Origin: Pocillopora damicornis
Taxonomy: Eukaryota
Length of the DNA stretch: 64,000 nt
Direction: 5' to 3'
NCBI RefSeq assembly: GCF_003704095.1
Contig: NW_020845073.1
Coordinates: 806,001 to 870,000, forward strand
The position numbers were made by a program, and so were the translations under genes. Shown in pieces: positions 1 through 15,100 of this stretch (the first letter of the stretch is position 1; the number at the start of each line of letters is the position of its first letter). Under the pieces are notes generated by a model. That model was not told the origin of the DNA, did not search any database, and saw only the letters and a program-made list of their open reading frames with translations.

Positions 1-163
1 CTACTTTACAAGATTCTGGGAGAAATTCTGAACACGAACAAGAAGGATAATTGTACAGTTCTAGCTTTGAAATTTTTAGTTCTTTACTAGAAACTCTCCT
101 ACTCTCTACAAAATATCGGAGAAGCTAGAGAATACAGCAAGCTGAGTGCTGTCGATCACTGAC

Positions 164-3100
164 CTTTCCTAGTATCTCAACACAAGATGTAAAAAACTGC
201 ACAGTTGGTTGGTAGTTCATAACACTGTCGTCCATTGCTCCGGTAACATGATAAAACAAAGCAGTCCCAATGTCACTGATTATCTCTGAAACATGAAAAC
301 AAAAGTCAGCAAAGACAAAAGAGAATGTTAAGGAATGGAAACAATGTACCCTGTCGTAATCTCGGTTCTAGAGCGGGTTAGTTAAGCGCTTGCAAAGGAA
401 AGCAAAAATTACCTTGTACGTTCCTCTCCGAAGAAGACTTTGCTTTGTTTACCAATGACCTTAAAGATAAATCATTTTCAATTTTTTACGTTAAAGTCAC
501 AGCGCTACTGTGTCTTAGCAAGATGCCACCATCCAAGAGATGCAAGCATGAAAAAATCGCATTACCGTCATATCTTCAAACCCACCTGAGGTTTTCTAGA
601 CTCAGGAGAGAGTGATTGCGATGTATGGCTTTAAAGTGAAAACGTGAGAAGGAAGGTGACTGAGTTTAACCCCACAAAAACTTTACCAGTATTCCGCGAC
701 TTTTTAGAAAACAAAAAGATATTAGAGCAATAGAGACCCCAATAAAGGATTACTAAAGGAACATGATGGAAAAATATATATGTATATAAATACTCCTACT
801 CACGTGATAATGCTCTCAATGTAAGCAGCACCTTCACACAAGCGAGCAGGGCATGGTTGGATGAAATTCTGCACAACTTGTTCCTGCTCACGACGATTAT
901 CAGCAACCTTTCTGATCATAACTTCATTGGGTCGTTTAGCGAGGAACTATTACAGTAATAACAAGCAAATATAGATAAAAAAGCTTGGCGTTGTGTTGAA
1001 GAAATGCGAAGAAGTTCGTACACTCGTTCGTACCCTCGTTTGTACACTTGTTCGTACACTCGTTCGTACCCTCGTTCGTACACTCGTTCATACACTCGTT
1101 CGTACCCTCGTTCGTACACTCGTTCGTACACTCGTTCGTACACTCGTTCGTACCCTCGTTTGTACACTCGTTCGTACCCGCGTTCGTACACTCGTTCGTA
1201 CCCTCGTTCGTACACTCGTTCGTACACTCGTTCGTACACTCGTTCGTACAGTCTTCGATAGTTTGGCATAAAAGTCCGTTATTTTCAATCCGTGTTAATA
1301 TTCGCTATCTTAGCCATTCCCGTTCCGTTCAGTTGTCTTTTAACCTCTTTGGTACTTATCTACGCAAGCAACCAATTTATCTCAAAGCAAACTACGGTAA
1401 AGTGCCCTGACACGGGGAAACATGAGTGATATGAGTTATTTTAAGCTACATTTGATAGGTCGAGAGTGTGGTGTGTGTTCACTGCCAATCACAGCGCGCA
1501 GTGATTCAAAACCGATGGAATCCCAAAGTACTTCGACACTTAATTGAAACCTTCTCTACTAAGATAAGGTAGTCAGTTACAGACATTTTAACCTTCCCTC
1601 TCCTGCTGGGAAGAAACAAAAGTGATCTGTTACCTTTACGGTGAGAGTGGCAGGCCCTCGACACTGATGTTTGCGACAAGGAACTTGAACTACAACCTGG
1701 AGACGGAAAGCGATAAAAAAATTCAGTATTGAAACAAAAATACGAATTTCCAACACCAGTTTTGTAAGGGGCTAATAGGACTTGTACTCTAATCAGTAGC
1801 TTTGGAAGCTAATAGGCTGCTGCCAATATTGATAGCAAATCCCTAGGTCTTGACGTCTAACTGAAGTTGTAATCCACTGTATTTATAAAATGAAAACAAT
1901 GATGTTATCAACAATTCTAAGCTCAAGAATCAACCAGTAACAAGAAGGTAAATCATCACGCCTTACCTGGGACATCTCGTTTGAGTACATTTTAGGTATT
2001 AACTCGATATACTCAATGTCCAAGGAAACGTGTTGACCAACAAGTCCACAAAACTGTCTGTAAAATGTACAGAAGATAAGTGGTTTTGCAAGAAGTGATA
2101 TCTCAATAACAGGATATGGTTTTGAAAGACAAAGTTCTTCGTTTGTCTAAAGGTGTAATGTAAACAGGGTTGTAATAGAAACTACACTCCCAGACGTAAT
2201 TACTTGGGGTAGTTCTCCAGATCAAGGTCTATGATGTTCTTTCACCCCTCCCCCCCAGCCAATGTTGTTAATTGCAAATGTGTCTATGTGCATCCTTTAG
2301 CGGTGTTTGTCGCAGTTTTTGATATATTCCGCATTGGGCGTTTCTCAATAAACAATCATTCCATTCTCACTTGACAGATATGAGCTACTTACAGCTAACT
2401 CAAATCCAATGCTCATTCGTGGAGTAATTGCTGAGAAGATATCTATAAATATTGTGGTAACCAAAATCCCAAGGTTCTTAAACAATTCCAAGGAGATGTT
2501 CTGCACTTTAGCATAAAAACGAAAAGTTTTCCGATAAAAATAGCGATATTTGCAACCAAACCTTGCATGTGCGACTATTCCCTGTAGTTGACTGTAAACT
2601 ATGCCCAATAACTTCTGTTTGTTCATCAAAGTCGCATCTGTCATGGAGGGTAAAATGGGTTCTAATCTCTTCACAGGGGGAGGAGGGAGCGGTGCAGGGT
2701 GCGTCTTCATCCTTCTAACAATCCTCGAGGCGGCTTGAAAGTAGGAAAGAAAATACACCAACTTGATTAAATCTTACCGTGCATTTAATGCAACCGGAAC
2801 GACACACAGCCAATTCCAGCTAACATTCGAATATACACAGATACAATTCGTGTCGTTTTTATTTCCATGTCAAATTATCTCAGTGTTGGCGGTGTTGATC
2901 TAGTCCGTTTGAAGACCACCTGTTTCTTTTAATAACTGTCCACAGGGCGAGCGGAAATAAAAGCCGGAAAGGGTTTGTCGAACGCGAACTAGAAAAAAAG
3001 ATTGTGTACAAATTAAGCGGGTGCTAGGTGCTAAAAGGTGCTTGCACATTTGGTACCTGTTTCAGGACTCCTGTCGTTCCACTGACCAGTGGCTTTACTC

Positions 3101-6100
3101 TCAGGGGGGTTCTTTTGAGGTCCCAGGGCGTGTTTTACCCAACAACGCACAGACTCGGTGATTTCCATATCAATCTTTTTCACGAATATCAAATCAAACC
3201 AAGGTTCCTAACAAAACAGGAAAAATAAAACGAATCATTAAAAATAATTGTAATATTCAATGCGATGCTCAATTAAGGTAGATCTGCTTAAAAGTGTGCT
3301 ACAATTGGAAGGAGAACTTTCGTAATGGTGAATGCTGAGAGTGAAAGGGTTAAGATAATAGTTTACATACCTGTACTGGTTTGAGTAAAGCCTCAAGTCT
3401 GACTGCATCATAAGGAGGCGGCAATGACGGTAGGTACAGACTGGGGTCGTGAAGTCTCGGTTCATCCAACCACAACGCCAGTGTTTGATAAAACCTACCA
3501 TGAGAATATTAACGGTGTGAGAGGCTGATGAGAAATCTTTAATTTTTTATTTAAATTAAGCATGTTTCTTTATTATGAGGCATAAAACTTCATATTCTTG
3601 TCCGTTATCTTAAAAATAAATGGTTGAACTGTCAATTGTTGTCTCAGGAGATCAACTCGTATCAACAGGCGATCTATGATAAAGATCTGCGGTATGGTTA
3701 TTCGTCAAAAAATGAGCCAAATAACTAAATAACTGAATTTAACATTCTGGAAATTCGATAAACACAAATTCAAAATAACAATAATAGTGGAAAAATTTTA
3801 ACAATCTAGTCTCGTTGGACGTTGGGACAAAATCTTTGGTTTCGTATCTCTCTGAGCGAACAGTTTCATTCCAATTTCCCCCAAATTCCCATAAAGTTTG
3901 CGTTATGCTTAGCCCCATTCCCCTCTCTTCCATTCCAATTTTTTTTTCTTTCAACTGAGAAACGAATCAAAACTCGTACATGAGAGTTATTTTATCGTGA
4001 ACCTCCTTGAACCTACAAAATTGGATGAGACACTAGTGACAAGAGATACTCGGGGTAAAATCACAGTGCTGCGTTACATTCGACTTCCAGAAATGAAACC
4101 CAAGCTCAAATAAAGGTAAGAACGAGTTATTTACGCTTCACACATCCCGACTTCACTATACATGTAATTACAACGAAAGCTTTATTGAAAAAACAATTTC
4201 TTCGACACCATACCCTGTAAGTTTTTCATGCAATGCTCTAGTTTGTTCAAACTGCTTGCTTATTTCCCTGTCACCATCAGTGACTGCATCATGGTCTGCC
4301 CCGGTCTCCACGGATCGATTCCGGTGATGTTCCGCTGTGGCTTGCAGTCTCTGCTTCATTTTTTTTAACATGGAGCTATAACTCTGGCTATCAAAGAAAC
4401 GATACCCTACACCAGATCGCTGCGCAAGGCTGGAATAAACGAAACACATGTCAGATTTCATCCTTGATCAGAATAGAAACAATTAATAGCGCCTCACTCT
4501 TTCTCTTTAAGTTTCCCAAGATGTAAAAAATGAGTAAAGGACACTAACAGCGATTATTCTTAGTACTAGTTTGTTCATTTGCCTTTTTTTCTTTTCGCTC
4601 CTAGCCAACTGATCTACCTCAGAAGATGCACTACTCATATCCTAAGCCCGCAAAAAAATATGGGGATTGTTTGAGACTTCATTATTTAGAATTCATTCTT
4701 TGATCCTTGTCAATGCACAGCATACACAGGTTACATAAACGTCTCTAAAACGTTATAGCAACACAACTATCGCATCACATGATTGATAAATTTTATTGTT
4801 GTATATTTGGACCATCGCTTTGACTGTGGAAAACCAGAACCAAGTCAACCATAAGGTAATCAGAGTCAAGGGAAATGTTTCAGGAGCCAAGAGACAATAA
4901 AAACTCATTGCAGATATATGAACACGAGGAAAACATGAGTATCAGAGTCGTGAGTAGGTTTTATTGGTGCATTTGATTCATTAAGAAGCTGACGCAAGTT
5001 CTTTAAGCCAATCCGAGGCCACCGAGTGGCGCAAGAACGATGCAACCCCGGCTTAATTTCGAAATTACGATAAGTTCCCTTCCCTTCCCTTCCCAACTTC
5101 TGTTCATACCAAACCCTTAGGCACTCACCCAGGTTCAGTGACCGGTCTCTGGAGATAAAGACTAAAAAATCGTTGCCAAATCAAAGGCAGCATGGGATGA
5201 TCAACCTCTGTCACCATTGCTTGATTAGCCCAACGATAGATGGAAAGACTGGACACGAGAGGCGTCCACGACAATTTCATCTTCTTCACTACTTTCTGAA
5301 ATGGATATAAAAAAAAAGTAGTAGAAGCCATAAAAAAATTATGAAGTTATGCTACTTGTTTGATTTACTTGTTTGCTCCTCATTGAGAGATGGTTACAGT
5401 GTGAAATAGGAATATCACTAAGCACAGAACATTTCAAACAAAATTCTTCAATGCTTCATGAAAAAGATTTTCCAGATACACCCAATTAAGTTCTTCTTCA
5501 TAACAACCATTTGCCTCGCTCTGGTGGGTGAGTTTCGCGCGCTCAGGTGAGCGCAGTTATCTGAGTTCGAATCATGGACCTGTTGTAAAATGTGTGCTGT
5601 TGATTCCGTATCCTTGCTGCGAGGTTCTTTCCCCGATTTTACCTCATTTTTTGTACACAACAAAACCCATCAATTCAAACTTCAGTGCGACTTGGAATCA
5701 ATGGAAACAGAGCCACCCAGAAGTTGTGCCACTGATAAAATCAAAACTATTAACTCACGAGATTTCTTTCTAGAACCTTCCTTAAGGAGAGTAAGTAGGT
5801 AAACTTATACAACTTCATTAGCATCACCTTCAACACTGCATCAACTGTCGCATCTGGTTTGTTCAGCAGCCTTTTATTTATTTCGACAGACAGTCCACAG
5901 TTCTCTTCCATCTGAGTTTCCATGCACAGTACACAATAAGCATAGTAACTGTAATCTGGAGAGGCCTTTAAACAGGAAAAATAAAAATAAAATTTCGAGA
6001 TTCACTAACACGTGCATGTTTAATCATACCCCTAAATCTCCAGTTACCTACATCTAAAAAGAACTTAAAACTACTATGCTACACTACGCTGTCAAGTTTA

Positions 6101-9100
6101 TTCCACCTTAATTTCCCACAGCACAGGAGGAGCAGTACTACTTGAAGTCACCCATGAGAAAAGAGACGCTATCACTCCTTGACTTCCGGTTTCTCTGAGC
6201 AGCACCTTAAAAAAATGTGAAAAAAAAAAAACATGTAGATCATGTTCTCCAGTTATTCGGTTCTAGGCAATATGCTCGGAATTATTATTCATCACTTGGA
6301 TGGTTTATTTGGATCCAATATAATGACCAGCTCCCAGTTGGCTTGTTAGCTCAGTTGGTAGAGCGCTGCACCCGTATCACAGAGGTCATGGGTTCAAATC
6401 CCATACGGCCTGAAAATTTTTTTTCAGGTCTTATTTCAATTACTAGTTCAGTAGTGTTCATAGCTGCGAGGATCTCTATTACTCGTTTCTTCACCGCAGT
6501 GCACATATATGATCTTCATATATCTACAATCATTATGCTAAGAATTACTTACATACAGAGCAATTTTTCAATCTGGTATCGTAGACCTTAGACAAGAAGT
6601 TATGCATCTGATTGACTAAGACAGAGGCGTATTTTTTTTAACCAATCGAAGAACTCCGTGAACGAAAACCAAAGCAATTTCGGATTGCTATTCACACTCG
6701 GTGGAAAATTATGGAAACAAACGAGTCGTAAAATTTATCATTCGTACTTGGTGAATAACTTATAAGAGAATCTTCTCAACAACTACTGGAGCATTATAAG
6801 TAGATAATTTATGACAAAAACACTCTTGTATCAAAACGTGCGACAATAACTCTACAGCAAATCGAACAATAATTTTAGTCTGACAAGCAACTATTCACCT
6901 GACTCAAAAGTTGATCCACACCCAGCATGCCAAAACATTAGTTACGTAATGCAGCACTTGCGTTTTTCCAAAACCATCTTCACCCGACAATTTAACTATA
7001 TACAGGTGACTATTTCGAATTTGGTAAACTATCTTCTAACCAACAAATCTGGTGCAACACCACACAAACAGTTTCGATTCTACACACACCTTGTAAGCAT
7101 CCATAAGGTGGGTTTGTATCACGGAAAGGCTGCCTTCAATTCTCAAAGCTATTTTGATCAGGTTATCAATAAGAAACTGTACACTAACATCTCTGAAAAA
7201 AAATCAGCATGTGATTCGTACACATTCAAGTAACCTATAACACAATCACAACTTCATTTTCAAAACTCATTCATAATCTTGAGCTTTCCAAAAAGTAGAC
7301 AATTCAAGAGCTTCTTGCCCTTCCCTCCCCCCCACCCCTCCACCCGCTGATTCATACAAATACTTAAGCATTAATGGGGTTTATGATTCTATCTTAATGC
7401 TGTTTGCTATTTAACAATCAGATTATGAGCTCAAAATTGCTTTTGCGTGCTAGACGATTAGGGGGAAGCCTGAATCAAGTATCACGCAAAGAAATCGAGA
7501 GCACATGATCTTATCGTTTTCGTATAAATTTACCCGCAAGACAGGCTCATATTTGTATCGAATAAAGATACAAATAAGTCACGTTACGTGCGAAAAACTA
7601 CCCCACAAATATAGATAGTGAATAGCACAGCCAATAAGATTGCAGCATTTTTGATAGAACGCTTGTACATTTATACAAATTTTAAATAACTATCCTTTTA
7701 GCCGTTTCTACTTTTCAAAACCAGTGTTTGCATGCTGTAGCTACACTGTTCCTGCTACTACATTGATTACCATCACTGACCTGTACCAGTATGGCAGCGT
7801 GCACAACGTAAGTAACCAGAATTCCACCACACTTATTGAGCCAACCATACCAGGAGCTTGAAACTTCTGAACATGGCCCTGTACAGAGAAGGAAAGGTTA
7901 CAAACATTTGTTTCTCCATTAAGCGCTAGAATTCCAAATCACAGTGCATTTCAACTAAGTGGCGTGAAGCCAAAAAGAGAGCATTGGCAATAAAGCGTCA
8001 CCGTGAGCCGATGAGGGAAAAGCTGTGGACTGCCAGAAGCGCGAGAGAAACACGAATGACCAAGCACGATTGGTTTTCGTCTTGTATCTGATTGATTGAT
8101 TTTAATAGTGACTGGCTGACGATCTTGCACTATAACATTCCATGTCATAAAAATCATCATTACGGGATTTATCATTCTGTACCGCTCATTACGTCAGCTT
8201 TTAAAATTTGCTACGGTGGTTTATCTACCTCCAACGACTTCTAAATCGATATTCCATTTTTACCTGAATAATTCCCACCAGCCTCTTACAGTACGGGCCC
8301 ACAGTGGACGCTTGAAGTAGTTTTTCAGCATAACCTGCGTTGTCATTGTCAAGTTGGCTCAAACGATGGATTGCTGTCACAAACCTGTGAATGTTAATCA
8401 CTCAAATTGATATTGACAACAATACATGATTCTAACCCTTTAAACACTAACATCAGTATCTTTATTCTCCAAACTCTTCGTTATACACTCCCCTTGGTAC
8501 TGACCAGGAGAGTTTGTTTAACAATCAAAGCCTCTTAGGTTGGCGATCATTTCCTTTATTCTTATGATCCTATTGAATGATTAAGCAATATTTCTGTAAG
8601 GGAAAAAAAATAGAAGCTGGTCACTCTTTGGGTTTAAAGGGTTTTGACCTGGATGATCGAAATTAGAAATTTCACTTAAAAAAAGAATGATAAATAGTCA
8701 AACCACAGAATAGCTCTCAATACCTTGCTTCCTGTGTAAGTTTCTCATGGCAACCAAAAAACATGGGTGTCACATTCGCAATAATCCTCAGCGCTGCATC
8801 AAAACACCTCTCATTTAATATGACGGTTAAGTAATCCAGACCCTCACCCAAAAAGAGATCACGACTGTAAAATAAAGAAGAAAAAAATTGAGTACAACGT
8901 TTGGCGACAATTTGAGAAGCTTGTGCTATACAGCCGGCTCCTTTAAAAGAGGAGAGGAAGCGACGAAAAGTGGAAGTAGCGTGGATCACTGGCTTGGGGT
9001 GCTCAATTTCAGATCAGGAGGTGAGAGGTTCTGATCCCTCACTCTGTCCTTCATCAGGATATATCTGAGGAAATAAACTCCCCTGCTATGGTTTGTTAAT

Positions 9101-12100
9101 AGCCGACTAAATTATCTGACACCTGAGTTGGAAATTTTGACAAAGCAATTTTCCTTCTATTCAATCTATATTTTTAGTACAGGAGTTTCAAATACGTCGC
9201 TGAGTAAACGTTACTTCAATCTTGTACTTACCTGGTACCAATAGTAGTCATTGCTACCGCAGCATAACTAGCAAGTTGTCCACTGGCCTTAATAGCATGA
9301 GTCATACTTGAAAGGGAACTCTCATTAGGAAGCACAAGTGTTTCTTTTGACAACGACTTCACGAGGCTCGCAAAACCTGGTCCTCCTTCTTCACTTGCTG
9401 TTAACACAAATAGAGAAGGCTTTCAGGACATCTAAAAGCTTGAAATTAAACATGCATACGGTCTCAAGAGAGTTAAGGATTTTCCTAGTCATAATCCTAT
9501 GCAAGTTACATAGCTACGTGGGTACCTCGGAGAAAGGTTATAAAAGATGATGTAGATTGATGTTTAACACGTTGGGTCCGAAATCAGATAGGGTCTCAAA
9601 CACTCTTTCTACGCAGGGAGTGAAATCGATTATACTAGCAAATACAACTTTATATCTCGGATTCAGGGAAGGAAAAATTTCATTTTTTGTCTTAACGAGG
9701 AGTGGGTTAAACACAACGTACTACACAGAACCAATTAAGTATTCCACGAGTGTCCCTCATTCCTTCTAAGATCGTCAGAGAAATAAAGTTCACAGATAAC
9801 ACTGTCCTTTCAAGTTATTCTCGAGACGAAATTTATTCTCCATTATAAATTGCTAAGTCACCTTCTAACTCATCTTCATTTGGAAGTCGCTGAGTGAACT
9901 GCATGACTGGTGTTGGTAGATCAGCTGGGTGAAGCCTTAGAGAGAGCATGACTTCCCACAGCCAGTCATACAGCTGCTGCTCATAATTTGGCTGCATCAG
10001 TCGATTGTACGACGTTGTAGCAATCAGTGTCACCTAACAAAAGAAATAACTCTCGCATCATACCATTCCACCAGGGGTATACAAAACAAATGGAGATGAA
10101 TTCGGGTGATATCCAAAACACCAATCAGCAAATAAAAAGCTGCCTTTTCCAGTAATGTGCGCGAATAATATTATGTACAGCCACGAAACGCCTAAACAGT
10201 GTAGAATGTCACAAAGAAAAGTTCAAGACGTATGAGTAAACTGCTCAACAGACTGATCAAATTCAAACTTCACGCTGCCACAAAAAGACAGCGCACAACG
10301 TAATAAGATATGTTTCATACAACTTTCTTGGTATCATAGCTCATTGGTGACTGGCAGTATGCAGTCAGAACATTACGATCCACAATGGGAGCACTACATT
10401 GCGAGATAAATGACACTTTACATATCAAGATCTTTGGCTTTTAAAAACCTGTTTAAGAAGTCCAGTGTCTTCTTTAAATGCCTCATGTGATATTCCTCCT
10501 GGCATTTTGGGTAAACGAAGCGCTGACACCTCCACTAGTGACACTGCCACAGCCCTGTGCCAGCACTGGTGCAAAAACAGTTTATCACCCTCTCCTGACT
10601 AGCAAAAGAAAGACGTAAACAATAGAGCAATTCTTCAATTGAGTGTCGAAAGTAATCAGGGATTGCACCGGTTTTGCTTTACTTCGCTCTGTGATTGGTC
10701 CAGGAAACTGCCACCAGTCTTTCAACCAATCAGATGCAAAAAATGACTTGGACGCCCGCGTTTTCCCGCGCTTTAGGCAATTTGGTTGGTTTAACTTTGA
10801 GTTCTGATTGGCTCTTAAAGATATTTTTCTTTCTTCTTGTCGGCCGTTGTGATTGCTTTGCTTTTGCTTTGACTATTGGTTCATTTATAATCATGTTAAC
10901 TTTTATGATTGCTGTAAAAGTAGCTGGTTTGTTTTCTTTTGATTCCTTCTTCATAATTATTACCTGCAATCAACAATTATCATGCGAAGTGGAGGTAAAT
11001 ATCCGCCACTTTCGCAAACACTAAGGTGAATAATTATTTTAGTAAGTACCACGCAGGAACCAAAATATTAAATTACTTCTGTCAATAAACGAGAAAATAG
11101 TGCGAAGTTGAACATTTGACTTTCAAGTTTGGCTCTTTCACTGCTTGGAGACGAAGGTACAGACTAATCAACTTCGAACTGGCGAATTAAAGGGCACGAA
11201 AAACGAATAAAGCCGTTATCTACTGTATGTTCAATGGAACTTCACAATAGTTGCCGCAAAACGACTTACAGTGGAGTGAATTAAGGTTAACTTTTACTCA
11301 TAGACAGTATCATGCAGTACAAAACAAGACTCTGTTTCTACAAACCTCTCCCATTTGTCCCCAGTTTAAGTTTGAAATAATATAACGCGCAAGCTGATTT
11401 TCTGGAGAGGACAAATCAGCTTTCAACAACCAGGATTTAATGCAGTCCATGTTCCTGTATGTTGGATGCCACAGATGAACTGATAAACCACTGAACAGGT
11501 AGACACAAGCCTGAGAAAAATACAAGTGATGACACCATTTTGTTGTGCATTTGCTCGCCAATAGACAACATATGATATAACTATAGTAAGAACCGAAAAA
11601 GGCATGTGAGAGAGAAGTAAGTGTCACAACTGTTCCTGAGTTCTGAGCTGCTACCAGTACCCTCCATCACGAGCGTTTCTCCGCCCGCGTGAACGTTTGG
11701 GGCCTTGGGAAGCACTAACCAGCGAGACGTCTGCAAGTGGTCTGGCACTATTATTGGTCCCAGATCCCTCGAAGACCTCTCGCTGGCTCGTTTTGCTCAA
11801 GCTTTTTAAAAACTTACCCGCGACAAAGAAAAGCTTGTGCCGCACTGCTAATAACGATCATCAATCATTTCACACAAAATTTCCATAATTACTACACAAC
11901 GTAATGCTGCCATTCAAATTTTTTTAAAATCAAGTGAGAATATTTAGCCGTATGACGTGTGGGAATCTCACGCAGTGCATATGGGTCTATTTGGTTAAAG
12001 ATCACTTCCAAAGCTTACTTCTCTGGTACTAGTCGCATCATTCTGAAACTGTGAGACACAATACTTGGTCAGTGTTTACCTTCCCAATAATATCCAGTGT

Positions 12101-15100
12101 GGCACTGACATTCTCAAGCAAAACCGATATCACAAAGGGATGGACACTAGAAATGGTTCCCAGAAGATGTCTTCCAGTCTTAGAAGATGACTCCCTGGTT
12201 TGACTGGCTATGAAGGAAACCTTTAATAAGAAAAAGACATCAGTCAAGGGCAGTTTCTTTACAGAATCCTTTGCTACTGTCCTACATTGCACATTTCCTA
12301 ATAACTTTGTGATAAGACTGTGTAATATCAACTAGAAGGGAAAACTCTCAACTCAGAGTAATCGGTGAGGTAGCCAGGATTTTTTAAAGGAGGGGAGGGG
12401 GAGGGAGGTTACACTGTGTCACAACCAGACTACTTGGTACCCAACTGNNNNNNNNNNNNNNNNNNNNNNNNNNNNNNNNNNNNNNNNNNNNNNNNNNNNN
12501 NNNNNNNNNNNNNNNNNNNNNNNNNNNNNNNNNNNNNNNNNNNNNNNNNNNNNNNNNNNNNNNNNNNNNNNNNNNNNNNNNNNNNNNNNNNNNNNNNNNN
12601 NNNNNNNNNNNNCCCACCCCCACCCCCCTCCCCCAAAAGATTCATGCATACTTACTGGTACTTGTTTACCAAGTAAAGAAAAAGTAAATTTGATAACTTA
12701 TATGCAAAATTATGGTTTTTACCAGTGAGAGTCCTCAAATTTGGGGCCTCTAAGTAAATTCTATACCTTGTAAACCTCTGTGCTAATGGCTTCTATTAGC
12801 TCCCTTTCCTTGCGATCTCTGGATGTGGCAATGTTAGTAAATGTAGTAAGCAAAAATATGGCTTCTGACTGTGACATTCTGGCCAGTTGGTCTGTAAATT
12901 CCCCCTGTCTACCTAAATTTAGTAACAAGATCAATATCTCATAAATTTTCCATTCAATATTTAACTATCATGCACATTTTTAGTTTTTTTTTCCATTAAT
13001 ACTCACTCTCCAGTACATCTCTCCAATCCTCCCTCATGGAATCTTCTTGGTTAATGCTCTCTACAGAATCAAGTTTGGTGACATCTACATGGAGTGCCCA
13101 AAACAACTTCCAGAGAGTTTTGGAGGAAACACTGCGAAAGGGCATATCTGCCAAAAACTGCCAAGCACCCAGCCTATGACGCAAATTACATTGCATTTAG
13201 CATATTCAGTAATGTACAAGCAAAATAATAATCATGGTAGACATATATTTATTGTATGGCCCTAAGGTTAGCTGAATATCCTCTCTTGAGCCTACAGTAC
13301 ATCTTTTGGAACTATAGTTAATAACATTCATTTTTTAAAAAATGCAAGTTGCCATACACCGTACAAGGTAATGAAATTTTCTTAGATGCCATCCGAAACA
13401 CAAGAGTTGGGAAAAAGTCTGGAATCAAAATTTGATCCTCAGTCACTGATTTGGAGAATGGAAGCTTGAGTTTAGCTTTTCAATTTCCAATTTTAAAGAA
13501 TTAACAGATTAATCAAAATTGTGGTTTTAATCATCAAACTACAACAATGCTGCTACTATTAGAGATAAAGGAATGAGTTAAAGTTTAAAATTCTTTAACC
13601 AAAGCAAACAGAAATGTTGCAATTACTCTAACCTGTTATAGATGTTAAACTATTGTGATTAAGGGTACAAAATTGAACACAATTTTAATCTTGCTATTTG
13701 CACTTATTGGCATATACCCTGTAACACTGTACTCCTACCATATCATTTCAAAACAATCTGGATGTCTGCTGAGTATTTTGGATAAATGTACATACCTGTG
13801 TGCAGAAATGATCTGTTGTGCAGCACGGAGAAAGAACTGATCAACCTCTACTTGAAGTCTTTGTAATGAGTATTGATTACCAGAATGGAAAGAATCTGGA
13901 ATGGCATTCTCAGATTCTCCACATACATTCACTCTCCAACTTCGAAAATCTGACCAGTGGTCCAGAACATACTGTACAACCTGCCTGAAATAATTTTTTC
14001 TAGATAAGTAATCTACCTGCATCTGAGAATTGGTTAAAAATTTAACATCCTTGAAACTCAAATTTAACACTGATGAAGAGAAACAGACATAGGATAATCC
14101 TTTACTCTGCAAGATGAAAAGCATTATTTCATGAAAATGTTTATTGTATATAAGTAAACCTGTAACATTTTGTTCCAAGTTTCCAAATACCTTATAGTTC
14201 GTCCCACTCTTTTGACAAATGCTCTATAGCGCACTTTCTCATAAGTTCGGAATGCCCTTCCCATGACGCATACAACACAAGATGCAAAAGCCAACATTCT
14301 CATTATATCGCGGCTTGATGTGTGCTCCACATGGTAGTGTGACTCGATTAGACAATCATCTAAAAAATGATTGAAGATTAATATTACACCTAAATCAAGA
14401 TAAAAACAATGCAACAAATTTCATCTTCTTTGTCATCTGATCATTTGCCATATGTATGCACTTGAAAAATGTCAATAATAGTTGCCAATAAATTACTTTG
14501 TTTTCATTATCATAGTCACTATTAAGTGTATCTGTCTAAGCATAATTTAGGCCAGATCTTCTCACTAGACAGTTATGGTTCTACAGTTCTGCTATTTTAT
14601 GGGGGTCAAGTTTAGTATATGATGTTGCTTATCAAAAATATTCAAGACCTACATATACATGCAGCAAGACCTTTAAGGAAGAACATTGGCAGACACTTTC
14701 AAATTTTGGTGTTTTTCAGGGAGTAATTCTTGCAGATACATTTACCATAATTGTTCAGGGTTTTTTATTACTTTTCATAATAAACTAAATGAGGACTTAC
14801 TAGGAATGTTTGGGTCCATTTTGAGTAAGTGCTTGAAAATGGCATCAAATGGAAACTGTGAGAACAGTGCTATGAGATCATTCTCTTGAATCAGTACCCA
14901 GCTTGTTTCTGGATCTTCATCCTAAAGGAAAACAAAAGTGCACAGTACACTATTATTCAAAAAATGGATGCAACAAGTAAGTCTTCATATGAGTAAGTCT
15001 ACAAACAAGCCTAGTGGCCTGCAATGGTGGAGCATCTCCTGGTTGTTGTACCAGGAAGCATACAGTAGTTTGATGACAACATTATCAATAAATAAATATT

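Noticed and set aside
916-1410. Five overlapping repetitive ORFs (YERV/RTLV/SYTR/HSFV repeats)
   Set aside because: By-products of a stop-free 12-bp tandem repeat inside an EPG5 intron.
6340-6412. Possible tRNA-Thr gene
   Set aside because: Mismatched anticodon and acceptor stems, and embedded in a longer repeat unit.
12384-12676. ORFs spanning the N run at 12448-12611 (likewise 29074-29367 and 40085-40717)
   Set aside because: Artefacts of translating assembly gaps.
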